A model generated the notes under the pieces. That model was not told where the DNA came from, made no database searches, and worked only from the letters and a program-made list of their open reading frames with translations. From assembly GCA_051599415.1 (NCBI GenBank), contig AP039713.1, positions 1-64,000 of the forward strand: 64,000 nt of DNA. Reading direction: 5' to 3'. The translations under genes were made by a program, and so were the position numbers. Position 1 is the stretch's first letter. Each line of letters starts with the position of its first letter. This DNA comes from Savitreella phatthalungensis. Taxonomy: Eukaryota. This document shows, piece by piece, positions 55,248-64,000 of this stretch.

Positions 55248-55832
55248 CTACTCGTCGTCCTCGGCGTCATCACCGCCCTCGGTCTTGGCCGCTGCAGCTG
55301 CAGCGCGCTTTCTCCTCACACGTCCTGGGCGACCTCCGCCGAATGGCGAGGTAAGGGCAAAGTCGATGTGCTTCTGTGAGTCGAGACGCACGATGAAGGA
55401 AGGGACGTTGACGATCTGCTTGCCAACGCGGATGTGACGCTGCTTGATGAGAACGCGGGCGTGGTGGATCGACTTGGCGAGGCCAAGCTTGAAGACCTGG
55501 GTCTGTAGGCGACGCTCCAGGAAGTCCTCTGGGCGGAGTGCAAGGACGTAATCGAGCTTCATGCGTGTCTCGTCAAGCACACCAATGCGCACAAGACGGC
55601 GAATCAGGGCATTGCCCTCGAAAAGACGCTTTGGGTCCTTGTCGTCGAGGGTGAGCAGCTCACGGGCGGCACGACGGATCTTGGACAGGGTGAGAAGCAC
55701 GCGCCAGATCTCACGCTTGTTGCGCAATCCAAACTCTCCGGCGAGCTTGAGCTCGTAGTCAAGACGAGCCGACTCGAATGGGCGACGTGGGACCTTGTAG
55801 GTCTTGCTGTAAGAACGAGGTGCGCGAGGCAT
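55248..55832 (-). CDS. RPS9: 40S ribosomal protein uS4 (S9)
   Basis: [32 protein letters not shown]. Confidence 0.99.
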   Translation of the reverse strand: MPRAPRSYSKTYKVPRRPFESARLDYELKLAGEFGLRNKREIWRVLLTLSKIRRAARELLTLDDKDPKRLFEGNALIRRLVRIGVLDETRMKLDYVLALRPEDFLERRLQTQVFKLGLAKSIHHARVLIKQRHIRVGKQIVNVPSFIVRLDSQKHIDFALTSPFGGGRPGRVRRKRAAAAAAKTEGGDDAEDDE

Positions 55833-57333
55833 CTTGTGGTATGTGGTGAGCCTCGGTTGCTGAAGTCGCTGCTGACAATCTTATGCTGCAATGACTTTCC
55901 AATCCTTGTAAGGTGGGTCGACGCTGGTGGTCCGTTCGTCTGGTGGCCGGCTTGCTGCGTGCTTGGCTGCTTGCCTGCTTGCTCGCGTAGTAGGTATTGG
56001 TTTGCTGGTTACGCCGCTCAGGTGTGATGGCGATGCTGGATAGAGAATGAGGCAGAGACACCACAGAGAGAGACAGAGTAACAGAGTGGTAGAGTGAGTG
56101 ATAGATGGATTGGGATTAAGAGAGTAAGAATAAGGCAGATACTCGATGAAATTTGATTAATCCGATAGTATATTTCTCTTTATCTTTATAGTTCACTTTT
56201 CCTGCCGTGGGAAAATTTTCTCTCTATGATCACAATGAGGTGAGGCGCAGGTGGCTAAATTCGAACTGGAACATCCATGGGCATATCAACCCATTGGAAC
56301 CACTCTGCAGTTCAGATCGGTTGATCAACGCATCAAGTCAAGGCATCAGTCATTGCTGGCCCACGCCGTCTGTCGAGAGACACAAGTCTGTAGGGTAGAC
56401 CATCGAATCGAATAGAGACTCGTCCAGGTCGTCCAGTTTGTTTCGACTTGACTGAATCTGATCCAATCATATACTCGCTATTCTTCATTCTGTAGCATTG
56501 AGTCACATGAATTCCACTGTTAGATACGAGTCCTCTGTGACCAGACCAGCTGGGATTCTGTAACTGCATATATCACTTTTGGGAGTTTGCCAATATCGAT
56601 GTGCCATCCACATTCTATGTCTCCGCATAGATGTCCGGATAGGTTTACATGCGCGCGAGCATCACACAAAATCAATTGCATAGCTCCAGTATATCAGCAC
56701 GTGGTTCCAGGTTGGCCATACTTACAGAGCAAATTATTATCAATATTTATATAGTATAGTATATATATACTGTATCGATGTATACTGTATTATGGCAGAG
56801 TATAAATCTGCAGCTGATGCACAAAAGGCGCGAATGCAGCCGAGTCAACACACACTCACCCTGACCATTGACACTCAACCACCCTCAGCCATTTCATACA
56901 CGAGATGAATGGGAGGGGACAGATTTCGTACCGCCTTTCAATGCATGCAAGATTGATATCTATGCATCCAAATTCGAAGCCACTGTGGAGATGGCATGTA
57001 AATATGTGCATCAGATCAGAGTACTACTACAACGGGTGACGTCGAATCATACGGTCTCTTCCAGGCTCGACCTTGACAACAGAAAGCCCATTTACCCATC
57101 TGCTCCGTAACTTGTCTCGCAGATATCGTGACGGTCCTGAGCAGACTCGATTCAGCCAGACAGATGCAAATGCAAGTGAAATGGATCTGTCAGTCCACCG
57201 TGACCAGCCGTTCAGCAAGCGCTGCCATGAGCTACACGAACTCACGGGCGCGTGATTCTTGAGTTTCTTCTTTGCACGAATTGACGGAACCGGCCGGGGT
57301 CTGCAGTACAGTTGACGTGCTCGTCATGCACTT

Positions 57334-60300
57334 ATGCCCGAGCGCATAGAATTCTCCCTCAACTACATCGACTACGAGCTCTTTCCGCCCACAGCACTTG
57401 ACCAGAGCTTCTTTGGAGCGAGCTCGACAGATGGCGTGTTCGAGGCTGTTCCTATCATCAGGCTTTTCGGGCGTACAGACGCAGGTCAGAATGTGTGCGC
57501 TCTCGTCCACGGGATATTCCCGTACATGTTTGTCGAGTACAAGGCGGGTAGTCTTGATCGCAAAACCGTCGAGGGCGTCCAACAGCGCGTTTGTAGGGCG
57601 ATCAATGCTTGCCTTGCCACAGCTTTCCGCAAGAATCCGCACGACGACAACAATCAGTATGTGGCCTCTGTGAGACTATGTCGAGCAGTGCCATTCTACG
57701 GACTGCACGCTGGGTGGAGGCCATACTTGAAGATATCTCTCCTCTCCCCCCGCCACATGACGCGACTTGCTGATCTTTTCCGACAGGGCACGATCACCGG
57801 AGAGCCGACGCAGCCTTTCGAGTCCCAGCTGCCATACTTGTTGCAATTCATGATCGACTATAATCTCTTCGGTTGCGGCACGGTTTCGTGCGCGAAAGCT
57901 CTCTTTCGTCAGCCACTCCCATCTAGACACGAAGCGCCGCTCACAGGCTCGTGGACGGACTCAGCAGGTGTCACGGTCAAAATCTTGCACGAGGGCAACG
58001 TGGCAGATGACAGCATTCTCGATGAAAAGTTTCCGCGAACGACGCACGCCGCCCTCGAATTCGACGTCGAAGCTATCGATATTGAAAATCGCCGTGCGCT
58101 TACTGAGAAAGCGATTCATGGGGACATTGTCACCGAAGGTCGCAAGACCGGCGTTGTTGATGATCGCATCCTCACATCCCTGACGGAGCTGTGGCGTGAA
58201 GATCATGCACGTAGGCAAGCCCTGGGCCTTGCTCCGTCACAGTCGCAACAAATGCGCTCAGGTCAGCGTGCGAGACATACGCGCTGGAACAACGAAGACG
58301 CGACAAATGAGCAGTTGCGTAAGGTGCTCGAGAGCAAGCAGCGCCAGGTTGAGGAGCAATCCGCTGACGTTCTGCTTGGCGAGCTCAGAACCACATTTCA
58401 GGACGTAGCTTTGTCATGCTCTGAACAACACGAATCAATTCGAGGACAAGTCGACGATATAAGTGATGAGCCCCAGACTCGGACTTTCCAGTACGGAAAC
58501 CTGGTACCTCAACTCTCGCAAACACAGGCCAGGCTTGTTCGTCAGCCGGGTCGGCTTGTACATGAGTATCGGCAGTCAACGATTTCCGTTTTTCTCAGCA
58601 AGTCAGATCGTTTGCGCGGCGGCGGCAATCATCGAGATCTCCCAGCTCCGCCGATGCAGGCTTCTCTCGGTCGCCCTACCCAGCAAATTGCCTTTCCGGA
58701 ACCCTTCTTCTCAAGATTAGCTGATGTGCCTGCCCTCTCGAGGCAGTATGGCATGCTCGAAAAACGTCCAATTTCCTCGCATGCGAAGCATCGCCAACCA
58801 TTCCTCCCTGACACGGCGCTCAAGGCAGTCTATAGTCGCTGGCGCTACTTGCCGAAGGCGCCAGTGGCGCGTGCCGCAGAAGGCTCGGCCTCCAAGAGTC
58901 GCATCACTCACACTGTGACCTTGCCCACGCAGGTCAAGGAGGCCTCTCAGCTTTCACGAATCAGTCAATCGGACATACCCTTGAGCACGCTAAGCCTGGA
59001 GATACACGCTGTCGCAAAGACCGACATGCTGCCAAATCCTGTGGACGATCCTGTCGTCGCTGTGTTCTGGTGCTTCAAGGATTTCGGCTTGGGAATTGAA
59101 GCTCGCAGTGGCACGCTTTTCTCCAGGCAAGAATTGACTGGCTTCCAAAAGGTGACGGATGGCTACTACGCTGTTGATACTGAGCTCGATCTCTTCATGG
59201 CTGTGGTCGAGCTAGTACGCACCTTTGATCCTGACATCGTGGTCAGTTACGAGATCCAGAATGCGTCGGTAGGCTATATACACGAACGCGCAAAGTTGGT
59301 CTATCAGTTGGACTTCTGCGAAGAACTCGGTCGGGCGCTCTCGATCGAGCGCGACAGACCGGTCTTCCATGATCGGTGGGGTGAAACTCACGCTACCTCG
59401 GTGAAGATTCAAGGTAGACACGTCCTGAACCTGTGGCGCACCATGCGAAGCGAGCTTAATCTCCTGCAGTACACGCTGGAGAATGTCTGCTTCCACCTTC
59501 TCAAGCTAAGAATACCCAAATACTCGGCCGACACGCTGCACCGGTGGCTCACATCGCGACAGATCGCTTTGCAAGTCCGAGCGCTTGAGTACTACCAACA
59601 GCGCACCCTTCTCAATCTCACCATCATAGAGCAACAAGGTATTCTATCGCGTGTTAGTGAGCAGGCACGCTTGCTGGGCATCGATTTCTACTCTGTCTTT
59701 TCCCGGGGTTCGCAATTCAAGGTTGAATCGCTCATGTTCCGCATTGCCAAGCCAGAGTGCTATATGATGATGGCTCCGAGTAGAAAGCAGGTTGCTCAGC
59801 AGAATGCTCTCGAGTGCCTCCCGCTTGTCATGGAACCAATCTCTGGCTTCTACAACAACCCGGTCGTTGTCCTCGACTTCCAGTCACTCTATCCGTCGAT
59901 CATGATTGCTTACAATCTCTGCTACTCAACCTGCCTCGGGAAACTCGGTTACGAGGGACTCGAGTCGAAATTAGGGGTCACGCACTATTCGGCTGATCCA
60001 GTCACTATGGTCGAACTCCAGAATCATATCGACGTGTCCCCAAATGGCGTTCTGTTTGTCAAAGAATCAAGAAGGCGGTCGGTGCTAGCCAAGATGCTTC
60101 GCGACCTGCTCGAGACTCGAGCTATGATCAAGGACGGAGCGAAATTGTATCCTGGTGATGCCCGCATGCAGAAGGTCATGCACAACCGCCAGCTTGCTCT
60201 GAAACTCATCGCAAATGTGACCTATGGGTACACATCGGCGTCGTTCTCTGGCAGGATGCCGTGCGCTGACATTGCGGACGCAATTGTCCAGACTGGTCGA

Positions 60301-61461
60301 GAAACTCTGGAAGCCGCTATTGAGCTCATTCACGCACATCCGACCTGGGCTGCTCGGGTTGTGTACGGAGATACTGATTCACTGTTCATTGAGCTTCGAG
60401 ACCGGACAAAAGCCGCAGCATTTGATATTGGTCGACAGATTGCAGATGCCATCACCGGCATGAATCCTTCCCCAGTCAAGCTGAAGTTTGAAAAGGTCTA
60501 TCTCCCATGTATTCTACTGGCCAAAAAACGCTACGTAGGCTTCAAGTACGAAAAGCTCGATGACAAGTTTCCATCATTTGATGCTAAGGGCATTGAGACA
60601 GTACGAAGAGACGGCACGCCTGCAGAGCAGAAGATTGAAGAGAATGCGCTCAAGCTATTATTCCGTACGGGCGACCTGTCACAGGTCAAAGACTATTTCC
60701 AGCGTGAGTGCTCGAGCATTCTGTCAGGGAAAATTTCATTGCACGACTTCTGCTTCGCCAAAGAGGTCAAATTGGGCAGCTATAGCACGAAGGGCGTACC
60801 TCCACCTGGAGCCGTCATCTCGGCCAAGTCCATCGCGCGAGATCCGCGTTCAGAGCCACAGTACGGAGAGCGCATTCCGTACGTCGTCACAAGTGGCAGT
60901 TCCCGCAGCCGGCTGGTGGATCGCTGCGTGGCGCCGGAGGAACTCCTGCTCAACCCGGACTTGCGACTGGATGTAGAATACTACATCGGCAAAAACCTCA
61001 TACCCCCTCTTGACCGCATATTCGCGCTGATGGGAGTCAATGTCAGATCATGGTACGACGACATGCCACGGGCGACGCGGCTAAACATTGTCGCTGTGCC
61101 ACAAGCACACCAACAAGTCCAACAGGTCACGAAGACAACGCATTTAATCGAGGACTTCTTGGGATCGTCGCACTGTCCTGTTTGTAGGACAGAGCAAAGT
61201 CGTCCCGGTGTCTGTAACATCTGCCTGGCGCGGCCGGCCGAGACGACCTTTGCCCTGCAGATGCAGGCGACAGCCCGAGAGCTGGCCCATCAGACGATTC
61301 TACGGGTGTGCTGGTCGTGCGTCAATGTCTCACCCTTCAACGAGGTCGCGTGTGTGTCGAAAGACTGCGCACTCTACTATCGCCGCGTCGAGCTCGGTCG
61401 TCAAGTACACATCAATCTCGTGCACGACCTGCTCGGGGATCATATAGATATGACGTCATAG
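57334..61461 (+). CDS. REV3: DNA polymerase zeta catalytic subunit
   Basis: HGIFPY, SRGSQFKVES, LDFQSLYPS, KLIANVTYGY, YGDTDS, C-terminal CysA/CysB. Confidence 0.98.
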   Translation: MPERIEFSLNYIDYELFPPTALDQSFFGASSTDGVFEAVPIIRLFGRTDAGQNVCALVHGIFPYMFVEYKAGSLDRKTVEGVQQRVCRAINACLATAFRKNPHDDNNQYVASVRLCRAVPFYGLHAGWRPYLKISLLSPRHMTRLADLFRQGTITGEPTQPFESQLPYLLQFMIDYNLFGCGTVSCAKALFRQPLPSRHEAPLTGSWTDSAGVTVKILHEGNVADDSILDEKFPRTTHAALEFDVEAIDIENRRALTEKAIHGDIVTEGRKTGVVDDRILTSLTELWREDHARRQALGLAPSQSQQMRSGQRARHTRWNNEDATNEQLRKVLESKQRQVEEQSADVLLGELRTTFQDVALSCSEQHESIRGQVDDISDEPQTRTFQYGNLVPQLSQTQARLVRQPGRLVHEYRQSTISVFLSKSDRLRGGGNHRDLPAPPMQASLGRPTQQIAFPEPFFSRLADVPALSRQYGMLEKRPISSHAKHRQPFLPDTALKAVYSRWRYLPKAPVARAAEGSASKSRITHTVTLPTQVKEASQLSRISQSDIPLSTLSLEIHAVAKTDMLPNPVDDPVVAVFWCFKDFGLGIEARSGTLFSRQELTGFQKVTDGYYAVDTELDLFMAVVELVRTFDPDIVVSYEIQNASVGYIHERAKLVYQLDFCEELGRALSIERDRPVFHDRWGETHATSVKIQGRHVLNLWRTMRSELNLLQYTLENVCFHLLKLRIPKYSADTLHRWLTSRQIALQVRALEYYQQRTLLNLTIIEQQGILSRVSEQARLLGIDFYSVFSRGSQFKVESLMFRIAKPECYMMMAPSRKQVAQQNALECLPLVMEPISGFYNNPVVVLDFQSLYPSIMIAYNLCYSTCLGKLGYEGLESKLGVTHYSADPVTMVELQNHIDVSPNGVLFVKESRRRSVLAKMLRDLLETRAMIKDGAKLYPGDARMQKVMHNRQLALKLIANVTYGYTSASFSGRMPCADIADAIVQTGRETLEAAIELIHAHPTWAARVVYGDTDSLFIELRDRTKAAAFDIGRQIADAITGMNPSPVKLKFEKVYLPCILLAKKRYVGFKYEKLDDKFPSFDAKGIETVRRDGTPAEQKIEENALKLLFRTGDLSQVKDYFQRECSSILSGKISLHDFCFAKEVKLGSYSTKGVPPPGAVISAKSIARDPRSEPQYGERIPYVVTSGSSRSRLVDRCVAPEELLLNPDLRLDVEYYIGKNLIPPLDRIFALMGVNVRSWYDDMPRATRLNIVAVPQAHQQVQQVTKTTHLIEDFLGSSHCPVCRTEQSRPGVCNICLARPAETTFALQMQATARELAHQTILRVCWSCVNVSPFNEVACVSKDCALYYRRVELGRQVHINLVHDLLGDHIDMTS

Positions 61462-61534
61462 GCAGCTACTGAGTAGCGGCTTAAAATCCTTGAATGTATG
61501 TACTTAATTGTAGAAAGCGTGACCTCATGTGCCG

Positions 61535-62365
61535 ATGCCTGGGCCAGTCCGGAAATCTCGAAGTCTTGCCCACCTGATTGGCTCGAGCGCATCTAACAGG
61601 AAAGTTTCGAAGACTGCGTTTGACGAGGATGGCGGGGACGCGCTGGCGCGACTTGCTGCCACAGCTCCAGCACTACCCGTACCAGCGCGTGATTTCACGG
61701 GCATCGACATCCTCGCGGCGATTGACTACCTTAAACAATTACAGGCGGCAACACGCCTGCCGCCAATGACCTCTCGCGACCAGCGCACAGAGATCCTTGT
61801 ACACCGGCGGGAGATGCCATCGATCGTGCTTGCGCACATGGTATCGAGTCTATTCCCAAACGCGACCACCCTCGAGCGCGATCAAGCAGAGCTGCGTCGG
61901 CGAGGTCGGATCATCCAGATTCCGCTGGGCGGAGGCGCCGAGCTGGCACTAATGCGTGTCGAGGACTTCGATGCGCCCGCCGCTCTCAGGGACGCCATCC
62001 TAGCGGGCCATGGGACGATCCGCGAGGACGTGCTCGAGCCGAATCTGGTCGGAGACCTCGTCTCGGACGGCTACCTGGTACGCGACCGACGGGACGGGTC
62101 TCTCGCACCATCCGTGCCAAACGTCGGACTCTACCTACGCGCACTCCGAGCGTGTCGACGTTGGGTCCTCACCGCCCTTGTCCGCGCCAAGGGCATCCTC
62201 GACCAGGCACTTCTTGTCCACAGGTACAGCAACTGGAAGGAAGGCAAGTACTTCCTGTGGCAGACTGTTCTCCACGACCTCGTAGGCAGCGGCCGCGCCG
62301 AGATCCTTCAGCTCGGCACCGGTACAGCATTGCGAATCACGAGACGCGGCAGACTCGACAAGTGA
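61535..62365 (+). CDS. STK19-like winged-helix protein
   Basis: MPSIVLAHMVSSLFPNATTLERD, SVPNVGLYLRAL, W..VLHDLVGSGRAE. Confidence 0.7.
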   Translation: MPGPVRKSRSLAHLIGSSASNRKVSKTAFDEDGGDALARLAATAPALPVPARDFTGIDILAAIDYLKQLQAATRLPPMTSRDQRTEILVHRREMPSIVLAHMVSSLFPNATTLERDQAELRRRGRIIQIPLGGGAELALMRVEDFDAPAALRDAILAGHGTIREDVLEPNLVGDLVSDGYLVRDRRDGSLAPSVPNVGLYLRALRACRRWVLTALVRAKGILDQALLVHRYSNWKEGKYFLWQTVLHDLVGSGRAEILQLGTGTALRITRRGRLDK

Positions 62366-62434
62366 CAAGGATGACAATGGCGACGCGTGGTAGCGCGGGC
62401 AGTCATGCATGAATGCGTATATCCACTCGTTATT

Positions 62435-64000
62435 CTATGCTGAGACGCGCCAGGAGCGTGGCCCTAGGCTTTGCAGATGCAGGATGCGGTCTTTGATGAA
62501 GGTGAAGAAGAGAATGGTGCCTGCGACGACGCAGATCGTGTTCATGATGTAGTAGCCGTCCTGCGTGGTGATGGTAAGGCCGCCCAGGGCCTTGCATTTC
62601 TCCGCATCGAGCGAGCCGTGGATGGAGAAAGTCTCGAAGGCATCTCCAGCCTGGAGTGAATCAGGCGCACGGCATTCCCGCCTCGTGAAGCGCTCAACAC
62701 CCTCGAGCACGAAGTACCTCGGCCAGGTGCCGCCAAGGTTAGAGATGGTGTTGAGCAGGGTCATATATGTGCCGCCGATGACCGGGTCGGCAATCTGGGT
62801 GTGGAAGGCGTTCGAGCTGACGAACTGGACTGTGCTCATGAAGGACGAGATGAGGTGCTCGAGCAGGATGAGAACAAAGTAGAACCAGCCGACCTCGCGT
62901 GGCATGAAGTAGACAAGTAGCATACTCAGCAATGCCGCAACAAGTCGACCTTGGAATGCCATCAGCCACGGTCGTAGTGGCTTTGGACCTGTGGACCATT
63001 TTGCTGCGTAATAGCCGAAGGCAATCTCGAGGGGAAAGTCGATCAAGACCGCGAGCGAGAGATCCTCTTTCTTGAGGCCGCGCTCGAGCAGCTTCAGGTT
63101 TGTGACTGCATCGTTGGCGATGAAGCCAACCTTGGCAATCAGGTGGATCGCGAGCAGAGACCGCACCTGTGGCAATTTCACCACTGCCCAGATCGATCGA
63201 TAGACCTTGCGCACACTGTCGTTCTCGTCCTTCTCCTGGTTCTCGCGCTTGAACAGAGCGAGGAATGCCGTGAGGCCAAGGAAGCCCCATCCACAGAGCG
63301 TCGTGTATTGATTGAGCGTGATAAGGCCGACGTCGAGTTGAGCGTCTGCAGAGCGAAAGTATTTGTTGGCGAATTCAGGAGACTGGACAGCGAGGAAGAC
63401 GGTGAAGGACATGAAGTATCCGATGTTGAGACCGATCGTCTGAGCTGTAGAGGCGTAGCTCAAATTCTCCGGCGAGAGCAACGTCAGCGCCCAGCCATCG
63501 ACGGCAATGTCCTGCGTCGCGCACAGCAGGACGAGGGCAAAGAAGAAAACTGTGAGGATCTTTAGATGCGTCGAGGCGTGCTCGACCCAAGCGTCTGCAT
63601 TTGCGCCAATGTACAGCAGCAGCAGTCCGACGGCAGTCTGAGATGGCAAGATCCAGCTTTTCCGCCGACCGAGCTTCTTGTTGTAGATTGCATCGACAAT
63701 GGGACTCCAGAAGAGCTTGAGGCTGTATGGGTAGCTCGCCAGGGAGAAAATTCCGATAGCAGAGTAATCGAGCTTGCCCTGGAGCAGGTATGGAAGAGAG
63801 CCCATAGTGAGGCCGAGTGGGACGCCTTGAAGGGTGTAGAGGGCAATGAGAAGAGCGAGGGCGCGTTTGTCCTTTTGCGTCAGACCTTTGCTCGTTCTCC
63901 TGAGCTCGCGACCCTCATCGTCCTCGTCGTCTGCTTCGAACTGGAACTCAGGAAGAGTTGGTTCATCTGGGAGTTTTGTGAGGGGAATGGACGTGCTCCC
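62435..64000 (-). CDS. Acetyl-CoA transporter (AT-1/SLC33A1 family), 5' end beyond window
   Basis: LYTLQGVPLGL, YPYSLKLFWSPIVD, ATQDIAVDGWA, GGTYMTLLNT; frame open to base 64000. Confidence 0.95.
   Translation of the reverse strand, partial: GSTSIPLTKLPDEPTLPEFQFEADDEDDEGRELRRTSKGLTQKDKRALALLIALYTLQGVPLGLTMGSLPYLLQGKLDYSAIGIFSLASYPYSLKLFWSPIVDAIYNKKLGRRKSWILPSQTAVGLLLLYIGANADAWVEHASTHLKILTVFFFALVLLCATQDIAVDGWALTLLSPENLSYASTAQTIGLNIGYFMSFTVFLAVQSPEFANKYFRSADAQLDVGLITLNQYTTLCGWGFLGLTAFLALFKRENQEKDENDSVRKVYRSIWAVVKLPQVRSLLAIHLIAKVGFIANDAVTNLKLLERGLKKEDLSLAVLIDFPLEIAFGYYAAKWSTGPKPLRPWLMAFQGRLVAALLSMLLVYFMPREVGWFYFVLILLEHLISSFMSTVQFVSSNAFHTQIADPVIGGTYMTLLNTISNLGGTWPRYFVLEGVERFTRRECRAPDSLQAGDAFETFSIHGSLDAEKCKALGGLTITTQDGYYIMNTICVVAGTILFFTFIKDRILHLQSLGPRSWRVSA

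Noticed and set aside
56845..56890. CACTCACCCT / CACCCTCA telomere-variant-like words
   Set aside because: Too short and scattered to call an interstitial telomere or telomerase RNA template

Overview
Eukaryotic (fungal) chromosome end, most consistent with a compact, intron-poor Taphrinomycotina/Taphrinales-like ascomycete (inferred from gene content and style, not from a search). Bases 1-63 are an untrimmed Oxford Nanopore adapter plus native barcode. Next come a (CCCTAA)n telomere, variant repeats and a CpG-depleted low-complexity subtelomere (to about 1.8 kb). About 33 tightly packed genes follow, including RPS4, GDT1, PalI/RIM9, SHY1, IPP1, SUI1, RGD1-like RhoGAP, opsin, COX13, COX10, MAM3, SSS1, ARE, WDR23, RPS9, REV3, STK19 and an acetyl-CoA transporter. 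The main feature is a candidate mating-type locus about 42-47 kb from the telomere: an HMG-box gene and a TALE-homeodomain gene converge on a ~2.5 kb degenerate array of two direct plus two inverted repeat copies, next to COX13 and a stand-alone MLH3 endonuclease domain. A second notable signal is a perfect PTS2 in an in-frame, probably CUG-initiated, N-terminal extension of inorganic pyrophosphatase.
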